A stretch of DNA of 63,954 nt, the filler included, from Octopus bimaculoides (Eukaryota), in the NCBI RefSeq assembly GCF_001194135.2. It is 7 parts of 6 records of this genome, joined end to end, with 100 filler letters (N's around TTAATTAATTAA, not from the genome) between each part and the next. Parts side by side here need not be neighbours in the genome. Positions count along the whole stretch, not along the records: positions 18,366 to 30,807 come from NC_068987.1; positions 30,908 to 37,410 come from NC_068983.1; positions 37,511 to 49,038 come from NC_068982.1; 4 more parts are not named here. One strand, given 5' to 3'. The notes under the pieces are model-generated. The model ran no database searches. It saw only the letters and a list, made by a program, of their open reading frames with translations, and was not told the DNA's origin. The first letter of the stretch is position 1, and each line of letters opens with the position of its first letter. The translations under genes and the position numbers were made by a program. Positions 24,361-38,404 of the stretch are shown in pieces.

Positions 24361-26130
24361 TATATGTATATATATTTATATACACAGAGAGACAGAGAGA
24401 GCACGATGATGTTCTAGTACGACCTTGGCCGCATGGCGTAAACGTATAAAAGCATTAAAAAAAAAAATTCTAAATTGTTCAATGTCTCGTTTCTTTTTAA
24501 CATTTCAGTTTTGTCCGCTTTGGCTACGAAATCGAGCCGCCATGTAGTGTTGGCCATGTAGGCTCAGCTTACACACACAATTAACCCCTGTAACGTTTGT
24601 GGTCAGAAGGTCAATTAACATAACAAAATTTCATCAATCCTTTTAATTTGTCATTCTATCGATCGTGTTACTATCGCGCCATTAAATACGATTTGACATT
24701 TATATAGTTTTTGATTTCCAGTTAAAGGAAAATGAAGTGAAAAGAGTGTTTGATATTCGTAGCTTTCTGAAGAGCATTAGGGCTGTAATTAAAGTTGATT
24801 TCGGTTTTATTTTACTTTACTTTTATTATCATACATAATGTAGAAGTGAAAGAAAATTAATCAAACGTAAACCAACTACAAATATCATTTAAGCAGCCAC
24901 TCTACTTTCTAGAAATAAGAAACAACTCACCACCATATGACACTCTGGAGTGTTTAGACCTAGAACGGCACAACGGTTAAAGTAGTCTCTATCTATTGAT
25001 GGTCATGAGTGGACTGCTTATGTGCATGCTACTCGATGAAAGCTCCGTTTAGGCGACAGTAGCGAATGCAACTCTTATAGAGGACTTACTTGCCCAAAAT
25101 ACCGAGCATGTGGTTCACAAAGAAAACCTACGAAACACAGTAGCAACACCGTCTATTATCAGTTTTCAAGCCTTGAAAGCTCAACATTTTAGATGTGTAT
25201 ATATGACTGTATTATGTTTTCTTGCGTTTTATGTAGATGGCAGTTTGCAATTTGAGTAGCTGCTCAAAAGCTTCTTCGTTATTTGAGATATGCTTCTTGT
25301 TCACGTTAGTATTTAAACCCAGCTCTATCCTGATTGAGCACACCTATCAGTACATGCACAAAAATATGATCATCCCGTCCGCTTTATAGGCTCTTATACA
25401 TACAAAGACTATATTAGACGACGTATTCTTCATTCTTTAAAACGATGTGATTTTATGGATATATGGCTGCTGCTTGTAGCAGATGGAGAACATTTAAGCA
25501 GGTTCTATTGTGTCGTTATGTAGACCTTGGAATTGTAGTTTAATCTCTAATATTCTTCGATTGAGTAGACTTCTATTCAAAGTCATTCCAGCCGTAACCA
25601 TCCCTTCATATCATCCTAATATACCCGAAATCACATGATACTAATGACAATCCTCTTTTAAAAAAGTACAAACTCATTTAGGTGTCATTTAGTGGAAGTT
25701 CGGCTGCTATTTCTAGCCGATCAAATAAGTACCCAATGGCTGTCGCTTTAACTCGTACAGTCTACCTATAACTCCTGAAAACACTAAACATTAAACATGT
25801 TTATTATTATAATTATTTAACCCCAAGATGACCGGAACAAGCAGTCAAGCTGTCAAAAGCTATCAACATATAATCAAGCCTTTTACCGGCAAATACAGGA
25901 ATTGGCGAAATTGTCAAAGCTTCGGAAAAACGCCTTGCGGTTTATGGTCTTTCCGTTTTCAGTTGGAATCAGGTAAATGCCAACTGTAGCTTACCTCCGG
26001 ACTTGACAGATAATCTCTAGTCACAGTCGAATACTTACGTTAATTTGTATTTGTCCTAAAAAAGACTAAATCATATTTTTATCAGATGTATAGCATCTTG
26101 CAAACAAGTATATACAATAAGAATGTTTTA

Positions 26131-26166
<36 letters not shown>

Positions 26167-27666
26167 NNNNNNNNNNNNNNNNNNNNNNNNNNNNNNNNNN
26201 NNNNNNNNNNNNNNNNNNNNNNNNNNNNNNNNNNNNNNNNNNNNNNNNNNNNNNNNNNNNNNNNNNNNNNNNNNNNNNNNNNNNNNNNNNNNNNNNNNNN
26301 NNNNNNNNNNNNNNNNNNNNNNNNNNNNNNNNNNNNNNNNNNNNNNNNNNNNNNNNNNNNNNNNNNNNNNNNNNNNNNNNNNNNNNNNNNNNNNNNNNNN
26401 NNNNNNNNNNNNNNNNNNNNNNNNNNNNNNNNNNNNNNNNNNNNNNNNNNNNNNNNNNNNNNNNNNNNNNNNNNNNNNNNNNNNNNNNNNNNNNNNNNNN
26501 NNNNNNNNNNNNNNNNNNNNNNNNNNNNNNNNNNNNNNNNNNNNNNNNNNNNNNNNNNNNNNNNNNNNNNNNNNNNNNNNNNNNNNNNNNNNNNNNNNNN
26601 NNNNNNNNNNNNNNNNNNNNNNNNNNNNNNNNNNNNNNNNNNNNNNNNNNNNNNNNNNNNNNNNNNNNNNNNNNNNNNNNNNNNNNNNNNNNNNNNNNNN
26701 NNNNNNNNNNNNNNNNNNNNNNNNNNNNNNNNNNNNNNNNNNNNNNNNNNNNNNNNNNNNNNNNNNNNNNNNNNNNNNNNNNNNNNNNNNNNNNNNNNNN
26801 NNNNNNNNNNNNNNNNNNNNNNNNAAAAATAACTGAAGAATATAAAACAATAAAAAAACAATAATAAAATGGTAAAATGGAAGCAAACAAAACCAAATAT
26901 TGCAAACATTCAATATTGATAAATGAATAAAATGAAGAGAAATTACTCTAGTTATATAACTAATAGAGATGGTGTTGTGATTGGTGGTGGTGTTGTGATT
27001 GGTGGTGGTGGTGATGGTGGTGGTGTTTATGTTTAGGTTGGTGCCGCTGCTCTTGTCTATGATGGTAGTGGTGATGGTGATGTGAGTAGCACTGTTGTTG
27101 TTGTTGTCGTTGTTTGTGATGGTGGTGTTACTGGCGGTGATGATGGTGGTAGCGTGCTGTGTTGTTTGGAGAGGGTAACACTGCTGCTGTTGGTGCTTTT
27201 ATTGATGAGGATGCTGATGGCGTAGGTGTTACTTTTGGAAGGAGTAATGCGGTTATTGTGGTTGTTGGTTATAGTGGTGATGGCGTTGGTGGTTGTGGTG
27301 GTGGTGGTGGTGGTAATGGTGGTGGTGGTGATGTTGGTGGTGGTGATGGTGGTGGTTATGGTGGTGGAGGTGTTTGTGGTTGTGGTGGTTATGGTGGTGG
27401 TGATGAAGGGTGGTGTGCAACATTGATGTTGTGGATGTTGATGGCTGTTGGCTGTAGTGGTGATGGCGGTGGAAGTGTGGTGGTTGTGGTGGTGGTGATG
27501 GAGGGTGGTGTGCGGCATTGTTGTTGAGGATGTTCATGCTGATGGTTGTTGGTTATAGTGGTGATCGAGGCGGTGGTGGTGGTGGTGGTGGTGGTGGTAG
27601 TGAATGGTGGTGTGCGGCATTGTTGTTGTTGTTGATTTGATGGTGATAATATTAGTTTTCCGAATG

Positions 27667-27903
27667 AGGCGGCGAGTTGGCTGAAACTTTAGCACGCCGG
27701 GTAAAATGCTTAGCGGCATTTCGCCTGTTTTTAAGTTCCGAGTTCAAATAACGCCGAAGACGACTTTTTCTTTCATCCTTTCCGTGGTCGATGAAATAAC
27801 AACCAGTTGATTATTAGGCTCCATAAAATCGACTACACCCCGGGCCACCAAAAAGAAAAAAAATAATAATGAAATGGCCAGGCCCTGTGCCACTAATGGA
27901 AAC
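27667..27903 (+). mobile_element. SINE family B
   Basis: AGGCGGCGAGTTGGC..TTAGCACGCCGGGTAAAATGCTTAGCGGCATTTCG..GAGTTCAAAT. Confidence 0.85.
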
Positions 27904-27904
27904 G

Positions 27905-28308
27905 ATGTCGCTGTGAGACGCGTGTCTGCCAAGTTTGTGCCAAAACTGCATTCAGCTCACCAAAATCACACACCGGTTTCAGTTGAACAAAATCTTCATT
28001 GTGTCGAGAACACTTAAAACTCTTTAAAAACTTTGTGTAAGCCTCTGAGCGGGTATCGCCAAACATTTCGCAAAACTTGATGCACATGCTCTGCTCTGCT
28101 CTGCTCTGCTCAACTTCTCTGTCATGGTCAGTGCGACGAACACACGCTACACACCTTACTTCCAAGCACTGCTGTAAACAGCGAAAGTGACTTCGAACGA
28201 TAAAACTTGGTGCGCATGCACAACAGAGTTCAAGGCCAATCTGTACTCTGCGTAATCTAGCTTCGTTACTATGGCAACAGTCCGGATATTAATTGATCAG
28301 ACTACGTA
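27905..28308 (-). mobile_element. Mariner transposon 5' relic with an inverted internal fragment
   Basis: TA plus TIR-like CGTAGTCTGATCAATTAATATCCGGACT; minus strand EQSMCIKFCEMFG; plus strand RRVSAKFVPKL (mariner VP.L motif). Confidence 0.7.
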
Positions 28309-29458
28309 AAACTGGCGGTGGTGGTTGTGGTAGTGGTGTTGGGAGTAGTAGTGGTAAGAATGTTGGTGGTAAAAGTAGAGATGGGTATTAATGAGATGAT
28401 GGTGGGGATGATGGTTCTAGGTCGGGGTGATACTGAGGGTTACCAATCTATGATAGGGGAGAGGAGGTGGGGGCTGCAGTCTACCGTGGGCAACGATTTG
28501 AACGGGAGAACGCGTCCTTGCATGGTGTATAAATAAGCCCATGCAGAACTGAGTGTCTGGTGGACGGAGATACACTCAAGGGCTGTCTCAAGCGGCTCAT
28601 ACCTATGGCTACGCCACACCACTGGTACTAATTGCACTAATGACATTTCTGGGAGAGAAACGGTACGAAAAATGTCTAGAAGATGAGAGAGTTGTGTCTG
28701 TAGATGATGTTAATGAAGGAGCTGTGAAGGTGGCGATGATGATGGTAGAGGTGGATGTTGCTGACGCGACTACCAGTGGTGTGTGATGGTGATGGTGACT
28801 GTGTTATCGCTGATGGTTACCCAAGCTGGAGTTCGTAAGTCGATGAGGGTAACCGTACGGTTAGTGGAACTAGTTGAAACGATGGCAAATGGAGTTGATG
28901 CTGATGTGGCGAGTGGAGAAGTGGAGATGGATGGTGGAATTGATAGTCATTGGTGATGATGATGGAAATTGAAGTTGGTAAAGGAGAGAGGTAGATGGTA
29001 ATGTGTAATAATGAATGAGTCTGTTGATAGGAAAGGGTTGTATTGGTAATGGTGGTGGTAGTTGGTAGTTGGTAGATGAAATGGCGTTGAAGGTTGTGTA
29101 TTAAGATAAAAGGAACTATAGAGTTGAAAGTGTTCTTCTTGTCGATGGTAATGGCGATTGGCAATGAACATGCTGACAACAAAAATACGCATCCTCATCG
29201 TCACCATCGTCATCAACGTCATCATCATCGTCACAGTCGGCGGCGATGGATGTGTCATCATCGTCATCGTCGACATCATTCCCATCACCATCACCATTAT
29301 CGTCATCGTCATCATCATTATCCTCTCCACCACCACCACCTCCACCTTCATCATCATCATCAGCATCATCATCACGAACATCACCACCAGCACCAGCACC
29401 AGCACCAGCACTAGCGCCGCTGCCGCAACCCCGCCCCCGCCCCGCCGCAACCACCACC

Positions 29459-29492
<34 letters not shown>

Positions 29493-30564
29493 TCATTATC
29501 ATCGTCATCATCATCATCATCATCATCGTCGCCGTCGTCGTTGTTGTCGTCGTCGCTATCTTCATACACGGTGTCATCATCGTCATCACCTCCACCGGAA
29601 GAAAATTCTAAGTTTATTCTGTTGCAATTGTTGTTATGGCTGCTGCTGATGAGAATGATGACGACGACGATAATAATCATGATGATGGTGATTATAACGA
29701 CGATGATGATGATGATGGTGATGACGACGATGTTGATGAGGCCTCGGTTGTTGTGGAGGTGACTGCGGTGGTGAAGTAACGGTTTTGACGGTAGATTTGA
29801 AAGTGGTGGTGGGGATGGTGGTCTACCATGATAATGATAGTGGTGATGGTGTTTGTCTTCATGGAAGCTGATGCTGATGCTGATGTTGATGATGATGACG
29901 ATGACGATGACGATGGTGATGATGATGATGATGATGATGATGGTGATAGTGATGGTGACGGTGAAGATACTGAAGGCGATGTTGATGAAGATGACGATTA
30001 TGATGAATATATTGATGATGATGATGATGAGAAGGAGGAGGAGGAGGAGGATCATCATCATCATCATCATCATCATCAACATCATCATCATCATCATCAT
30101 CATCAAGATGGTGAACGTGGTGGTACCTGTTTGAAGTGATGGTGCTCGTGGTGGTAGTTGTGGTGCAAGCAGCGTCCGTGGTGGTAGCAACGGCAGCGCG
30201 GGTGAGGGATGCTTGTGGCGGGCGATGGTATATCTTGCATGGCAATTGTATCACTGCTATGAACGAATGGAAAGACATCTGATGTTGCTAAGCACTTTGC
30301 AAAAGTTAAAACATTGTTTAAAGCTTTCTAAGTAAAATAAATATCGTTTGTTCTTTGTTTACAGCTGTTTTTTTTATACAGCTATTTTGTTCTTGCTCTT
30401 TTTGAAGTAGCGTTTTTAATTCCTCTCTAATATTGTTATCATTGTTGTTGTTGTTATTATTATTATTATCATAATTATTGGTATTATTATTGTTATTCTT
30501 CATCTTGTTGTTCTTGTTCTTCATATTATTATCATTATTATTATTAGTAATATTATTGTTATTG

Positions 30565-30566
<2 letters not shown>

Positions 30567-30624
<58 letters not shown>

Positions 30625-30645
30625 GTAGTAGTAGTAGTAGTAGTT
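30567..30645. repeat. (ATT)n and (GTA)n microsatellite
   Basis: Pure triplet runs. Confidence 0.95.
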
Positions 30646-30773
30646 GTACTAGCAGTATATTTCTCTGTGTCGGTGGATATTCGTTGGTGAGTAGCTCTGT
30701 AACATCTCGATGTATAAGCATATGCGTACATTAATACACATGTACAATGGTAAGTTATATACACGTGTGTATA

Positions 30774-30807
<34 letters not shown>

Positions 30808-31097
30808 NNNNNNNNNNNNNNNNNNNNNNNNNNNNNNNNNNNNNNNNNNNNTTAATTAATTAANNNNNNNNNNNNNNNNNNNNNNNNNNNNNNNNNNNNN
30901 NNNNNNNTTTAACCTCGAAAGATTTTCTCTTTAGCTATTCTGAGTTGCCTGGTGCCAGCTTTCCTTATCAAACAAAAGGAAGAGAAAGATATGAAAAACG
31001 ACAAAACGTATTTCAGAATAGGTAAGGCTATGTGTGTGTTTGTGTGTGGGTGTGTGTGTATGGGTGTGTGTATGTGTGTGTGTGTGTGTGTATGTGT

Positions 31098-31137
<40 letters not shown>

Positions 31138-31367
31138 GTGTGTGTGTACGTGTGAGCGAATGTTTGTTAGAACTACATTCTCCACATATTTTACTTTAAG
31201 AAGGTATGGTGCCCTTCCGGAAACATTTAACTGCTTTGACAAGCATAAAAAGCAATCCTTATTATGTTTAATGAAGTCATTGTACAGCGTGTTATGTCTC
31301 TTTTTGTATGCATATGTGCGTGATTGTGATGAGTGGCAGAGAGTGGGACAAAGAATATTGTAGAATG

Positions 31368-31568
31368 GCTTCAAATTTTGGCATAAGACCAGTAACTGCG
31401 GGGTAAACCGATTATATTGACACAACTATTCAACTGGTACTTATTTTATCGACCCCGAATGAATGAAAGAAAAAGTCGACGACCTTGGGTGGATTTGACT
31501 TAGGATGTGAAGACAGACGAAATGCCTCTTAGCATTTTTCTCGAAGTGCTAACGATTCTACCAGCTTT
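31368..31568 (-). mobile_element. SINE family B
   Basis: CAACTGGTACTTATTTTATCGACCCCGAA core; GTGCTAACGATTCTACCAGC head. Confidence 0.82.
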
Positions 31569-33729
31569 CCTCCGTACAAGGAATGGAGTATAATGTTGAA
31601 TAATTTTCCAAAATTTCCCAAAGTTACATAATGTTAGACCAGGCACTGACTTGGGAGCTTACTGAATAAATCGAAAATTAGCATCTAGATTGTGTGAAAT
31701 GTAATGCTTGTTAAGTTCTGTGTGAGCAGACCTATGATGAAACGCTTCGTAGCCATGAATTCGATTTGATCAATGTAATCGATGCATTAAATGACATTAG
31801 ACTTGATCGAGCAGAATTATAATTGAAGTCATTCCAGCTGTGACTATGCCATTTTACCTAATCAAAAATACAATACATATAGATGCCCATAATCAAATGT
31901 GTCCTTCGCTTAGAAACTAAAGTGTGACATGTACATTTCGCTGCATTTTATAGTAGGTCAATCATTAATTAATACTTTAATTGTTTTTATCGTGTCAAAC
32001 TGTATCTGAAATATCGACCATTTCCATGGATTAAATCACATTCAAATAACTTCACCTTCGCAACTCATGAATTTTGTACATAAAAAATAAACGTGCCTTA
32101 GCATCTCACATAGTCCCGTTTATAAGAAATATTTTGTTCAGCTCTAATATATAGGAGACAGCAATTCAAAAACGGATTTAATTTAGTGACGATCTCAAAT
32201 TTTGAAGACTCGTATTTTAAAACGAGCCGTAAACCTAAACACTAATCGTAAATATACACAATTTTCTTCGGTAAATCTCCCAACAGTAATTCATATCACT
32301 CACTCTCAACCATAAATCTAACCACTAAGTCAATGCTTACATTCTAACACTAATCCCTAAACATCATCCTTGACACAACATCCAACATAATATCTTATTC
32401 CTACACTTATCCTGAATCATAATCAAGTTTTAAACCGGATTGCTAAACCTAAATTGTAAACACTAACCACCAAAAGTTAAACCCAGTTAAATGTTAAAAG
32501 TTAAACATTATTCCGACATTAATTTTTTTATAGAATTGTAATCTCCATTATTGTCGACATATATCTAATTAAACTAAAACAAAGTTACGTTGAGTAGCTT
32601 CTCCAAAGTGAAGATTTCGAAGAGCAAATAATAAAAAAATTCAAGTAACGTTAAAAAGAAATTGATTATTGTTTTTCTTCGGATTTGTAACTTACGATGT
32701 TCATAACTTTGAAACCGAAAGGAATTTTCGAACAAATTATAAATTAAGAATTTACTCAGGCGGTTCCTGAACTGATAGTCTGCGAAACGAAATTAGAGAG
32801 CGTCGGAAGTACCAAAATTGTACTACTATAGGAACGTGAAGCATCCAATATATTTTAAAGTATAATTGTGCGTCATTTCTTCAAGTGTCTGCCTGCGAGA
32901 TGATCTAACAGCTAGGTGGCTTCAAGTTGTTCAGAAAATCGCTGGTTACTTCACAGTTTCTTTAATGCCCAAAGCAGTGTCTACATATCATAACCAATTT
33001 CATCATCGTGCAACATTGATTCTCTATATTCACTCGAAAACACAGATACGCAGACACTCATACACACTCACACACGTACATTATACACATATACAGACTC
33101 AAACCACTACCAATACCTCCACGCACACAAACACATACACACTCATATGTATATATATATAAATACGTGCACAATGTTCATACATATGGATAGTTGTGTA
33201 TGTGTATGGCTGTAGGTCTGAGAGTATAAGTGTGCGAGAGTGTGTATATGAATGTGAAAGTGCGTATGGTACCGTTCGATCATTAAAATTCTTGTTACTT
33301 TTTCGCATCTTATGTTTCTTTTCACCCTTGTATTGACCTTAGTTCTGGGCATATGGCCAGCAGGAATCCACTTCGCTTTCGCTACTTATTGAGATATATT
33401 TCTAATTAATATCTTTCTACTAGCATCCATATATCTACTTCTATATTTCAACAGGTTTCGCTTCCTTGTCATATTTGAATGATCTGTTCTTCTATGTCAT
33501 ACTCTGGCTCTCATTTGAAGCTCTGCTTAAATATACAAACATATATATTATGAATATCACATACATTGTTAAGCGCTACAAAACAGCGATATTTTGTTTA
33601 TGGAAGTTTCTTTTAAAGAAATATAGTGTTAGAAAAGCATTATACATCAAAACTAAACGATTTTGTGTCACCTAAAGTATACCTTTCATGTGCACTGTGT
33701 ATTTTCAACAACATTCATCTTTGAGGGTG

Positions 33730-34093
33730 GAGGTGCAATGGCCCAGTGGTTAGGGCAGCGGACTCGCGGTCGTAGGATCGCGGTTTCGATTCCCAGACCG
33801 GGCGTTGTGAGTGTTTATTGAGCGAAAACACCTAAAGCTCCACGAGGCTCCGGCAGGGGATGGTAGCGAACTCTGCTGTACTATTTCACCACAACTTTCT
33901 CACACTCTTACTTCCTGTTTCTGTTGTGCCTGTAATTCACTGTGTCACGCTGAATATCCCCGAGAACTACGTTGAAGGTACACGTGTCTGTGGAGTGCTG
34001 AACCACTTGCACGTTAATTTCCTGAGCAGGCTGTTCCGTTGATCAGATCAAATGGAACCCTCGACATCGTAAGCGACAGAGTGCCAACAACAT
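33730..34093 (+). mobile_element. tRNA-derived SINE, family C, well preserved
   Basis: A box TGGCCCAGTGG and B box GGTTTCGATTCCC, followed by about 290 bp of non-tRNA body shared with 34176-34420. Confidence 0.8.
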
Positions 34094-34175
34094 CTTTGAA
34101 GAAATACTGCATCTAAAGGTCTTTGCCAACACATTTACAATTAGTAAATGAAACTGTACTACATGTAACACTAAC

Positions 34176-34420
34176 GTGGTGAAGGTGCCTGACTTGGTTT
34201 TCAGGGTATTCGGATCACAGTCGTAAGGTCATGAGATTGATTCTTGGCCTTCGTGTTGTGTCCTTGAGCAACCTTCTGTGACGCTGAATATTCCTGAGAA
34301 CTTCATCAAGGGTAAGCGCGTCAGCGAAGTGCCCTTCCACTTGCACATTATTTTCACGTGCAGGCTATTCCATTGATCGAACCGACTGGAACCCTTGTCG
34401 ACTTAACCGACACAGTGCCA
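34176..34420 (+). mobile_element. SINE family C, older internally deleted copy
   Basis: CTGTGACGCTGAATATTCCTGAGAAC..CCACTTGCACATTATTTTCACG..CAGGCTATTCC matches the first copy. Confidence 0.7.
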
Positions 34421-34824
34421 GTAATTCAAGCGTTGCAATTTTTGATTTCTCCTTACACACTCAGTACACACAACACAGTAAAACAACTTGTAAATTATAC
34501 AAAAAGTCACCTCTCCTTTCGGCCACTTACCAACCACAAATTCACACATTTCACGTACATTAGCATAAATACTCCGACGACATGTCACAGTAGCGTTAAC
34601 ACTTTGACACATACAATCGGTGTGTGAACATGCAAGCCTACACACAATAACAGTCGACATACACAATCACACACACGCAAAATGCACTTGTACAACTATG
34701 ACACCCATGCATAAAACCTTCAATTCTCACAGATAGACGCATCTACAAACGCAGAAATGCAACAGTACATAAACCCACCCTCCCACATGTATTCTTCACA
34801 CACATCCACAAACACACACACATG

Positions 34825-34855
<31 letters not shown>

Positions 34856-34871
34856 GCACGCCACACACGCG

Positions 34872-34910
<39 letters not shown>

Positions 34911-35669
34911 TTTCATATCTTAACTTAAACTTTCCAACATTTATAGGAAACGTTTTCACATTTTGATACAGTTATAAACACATCGATACTGTCTGCCTTG
35001 TTTTATATTAATACAATTATTGCCGGATACACATAATAGCTCAATACGTCCTAATGATACGGTAATTTGCACGCATGCCTTTGTACATTTCCGTACTTCC
35101 GCTTTATTTGACAGCTTTAACTCACGCGCTGTCTGCCTCTTCAAACTGTCAATTCTGCTTCACCGCTAATCATTGTTTAGCTTAATAACAGTCACCCGCA
35201 CATGCGTATATAGATGCACACGTTACTCCCACCCACACAAATACCTTAGCACGTTGTTTTCCACCATACAATCCACTCTCTTTTCAATGAAGTCTAATTT
35301 TCGCGCTGTTTTTATTTTATTTTGTCGCGTGCACTTGAACCTGACATCTGGCTTCTCACTCCTTCATCACACTTGATGTTTCTTCGACTTTTTTATCAGC
35401 TTCCTCATCACAATTATTTCTCAGTGGATTTTACCATTTTCTTTTACCACCACATAGATGGTCGACAAAACACTGCGTGTGTTTTATCATTGTTGTATCA
35501 TTTTTCTCCCCTTCACAAAAGTCATACACTTTTGCTGTTTCAATTATCACTTAATCCTTCACATTTAATTAAGAAGCGTTTTAACAATAACGCTTATTTT
35601 TCTTTCTTCTTCTACATTCATCAATAAATTATTCCCGCAAACGCATAAAGCGGTCACGCATCCTTACGC

Positions 35670-35900
35670 CTTTAGTAGAGCGAATCGATCCCAGGACTTA
35701 TTCTTTGTACGCCTAGTGCTTATTCTATCGATCTCTTTTGCAGAACCGCTAAGGTACGGGGACGTAAAGACACCAGCATCGATTGTCAAGCGATGTTGAG
35801 GGACAAAGACACACAAACACGTACACACATACACATCTATATATACTACAGGCTTCTTTCAGTTTCCGTCTACCAAATGCCTTGTAGAAGCTATAGTAGA
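35670..35900 (-). mobile_element. SINE family A, partial
   Basis: CCCAGGACTTATTCTTTGT..GAACCGCTAAG..CATCGATTGTCAAGCGATG. Confidence 0.8.
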
Positions 35901-37510
35901 AGAACTCGTCGAACGTGCCATGCGTGTGTGTGTATGTGTGTGTGTGTGTGCGTGTGTGTGTATGTGTGTGTGTGTGAGCGTGTATGTGTACTTGTGAGCA
36001 TGTGTGTGTTTACATTTGTATTTGTATGGAATTCCTATTAGTAGTTTACCTGAGATATATCGAAAAAATATATTATAAAGATGGAGTTTAAAGCTATTAT
36101 ATTTTTGTTATGTTCCGTTCGATTATCCATGCAACAATATCACTTATCTGCCTTGCAAATCGTGTAGCTAGAATTACTTAAGTTAATAAAAATCTATTTT
36201 CATTATGATCAACATTTTCGTATCATTATCGTCATCATTGTATTCAAGATAATCATCATCGTTACAATAGTCATCGCCGACTTATATAGCATTAGAAATA
36301 ACATCGTAATTATAACCATCAATAGTATATTATCACCGACCTCGCAGTTGTTATAAACAATACCTGTAGCATTACGAAGTTTACTGAGCATTGTTATTTT
36401 CATAACTGTTCGTTCGTAGCATAAGGACAAAAAAATGTTACCAATGAAAACACAGTCATAGGAATATGTTAAAAGATTTCACTAAGTAAGAAAAGTGTAT
36501 GGAAAAAAAGTAACAGCTAAATTGCTGACTTTAGAAGAAAATAAGTATTCGTTCCAACAAACGCCTGCTTTGTGTACATATATATATATTATATGTTAAG
36601 AGCGGAACAGTTTAAAAAGAAATTGTTGTAAAATGTTATAAGAATGAATGTATTCATATAGTATGCATATTCGACATACAAAAACTTGAATTTACATATT
36701 CACAAAGAAAAAGAAAATCTGTTGATGTATAACTTTAAATATGCACAAACGAATACACACATGCATAAGTACGTATAGATATGTACATACATGTATGTAT
36801 GAATATATGTATGTATGTATATATGTATGTATATATGTATGTATGTATGTATGTATTTAAGCATGTATGTATGTATGTATGTATGTATGTATGTATGTAT
36901 ATATGTTCGCATGTATGTATATATGCAAACATGTATATATAAGTGTGCACAGATATAAGAACATTTATAAAGAACATTGTACAGAAACACTTTTAGTGCA
37001 TTAAATCTTGTCTTTCGAGATGTTCATATATATGTGTATTTGTATACAGTAATAGATATGTTTTTATTATAGCCACACAGGGCTGAACACAGAAATTGGA
37101 CGAAATACAAGCGTAGAGTTTTTCATTTTCGAGGTGGGCTGGGTGGGACACACAAAGAAAAGTCAAATCAATAGGGATTGTAATCGTTGGGGTGTGTGGT
37201 GTACAAAAATTATAAATCTTCCCAAAAACGGGAATAAATATTGTTTACAGTTTAGGTGTATCCTTGGAGTGAAAAACCTACAAAAAAGCACCAAGGTCAC
37301 CTCAGGCAGTTCAAAATGTACATAAAAGTAAGTACCTTTTCTCTCGTTTTCTCTTTTTGTTACAAATTAATGCTTAAAATGGTGTCGTCTTTCATACTCA
37401 CCAATTTTGCNNNNNNNNNNNNNNNNNNNNNNNNNNNNNNNNNNNNNNNNNNNNTTAATTAATTAANNNNNNNNNNNNNNNNNNNNNNNNNNNNNNNNNN
37501 NNNNNNNNNN

Positions 37511-37565
<55 letters not shown>

Positions 37566-38109
37566 TGTGTGTGTGTGTGTGTGTGTGTAAATGATGGATA
37601 TAAACAGAATAAATACGTTTGCCGAAAAATGCAACACTTCTGGTAGAATTTTGCATAGAAGTTTTCAAGTAGCGTAAATTACGATGTTATTCATGAAATT
37701 TAGAAAGATAATAACATATTTACTGCGAATATACACATGAGATGTTTGTAATATTTAATTTGAATATGAAATTAATAAATATTTTTGTTTTGAAAATTAG
37801 TACTCCTTTCATCCTTTACTACAAGAAACAAAACTTTTGATAGGAGTTTTTATAATTTTTGTAAATATACCACAGCTACACGACCGAATGAATATGTAAA
37901 CGTATTCATGTATCGCATATTAAATTTATATTATGTAAATCAAATGATAATATTATTTTAAGCATTAAATTGGATTTCTACAAAGCAAAACGTTTAGTAA
38001 TTATCTAAGTAATTAAATATGAAGCAAGAACGTAAATAAATCCTTTTTTTAAGATAGAAAATTTACAGTTCATATATCACTGATTTATATGTATATAGAT
38101 AGATACTGA

Positions 38110-38318
38110 CTTCAAATAATGGCACACAGCCAGCAATTTCTGCGAGGGTAGAAATCGAATGAATCGACTCCATTGTTAACAGATGCTTCTTATTTTGTCG
38201 CTCCAGAAAACATGAACAACCAATTTGACCCACACAGCATTTGAACTCAGAACGTAAAAATAGAAAACGAAATGCTGCCAAGTGTTTTTACCCGGTGCTA
38301 ATCAGTTCTGCTAGCTCG
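38110..38318 (-). mobile_element. SINE family B, diverged
   Basis: TTTGAACTCAGAACGTAA..CCGGTGCTA..TTCTGCTAGCTCG. Confidence 0.7.
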
Positions 38319-38404
38319 TGATATATAAACTAGTAAACCAGGTCTTTATTATTGAATCTTTAAATTTTATACTGCAGAACAATTATTTCCTATTTAATGA
38401 CACT

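Larger units (their letters stand above)
26968..30300. repeat. Degenerate trinucleotide low-complexity domain (GGT/GAT/CAT/CAC) with embedded SINE and mariner relics
   Basis: Long imperfect triplet tracts that change strand polarity several times. Confidence 0.9.

Noticed and set aside
25827-25971. Open frame with AG/GT ends
   Set aside because: Overlaps a decayed SINE-like head (GGCGAAATTGTCAAAGCTTCGGAAAAACGCCTTGCGG).
26066-26913. Long ORFs of 200-280 aa (also at 49663-50599 and 51835-52491)
   Set aside because: Consist of X residues translated across N gaps.
27057-27537. Gly-, His- or Thr-rich ORFs resembling structural proteins
   Set aside because: Open in several frames on both strands because of GGT repeats; no splice or signal-peptide support.
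33730-33805. tRNA-like sequence
   Set aside because: Continues into a SINE body repeated at 34176; no clean cloverleaf. The same applies to family A and B heads.
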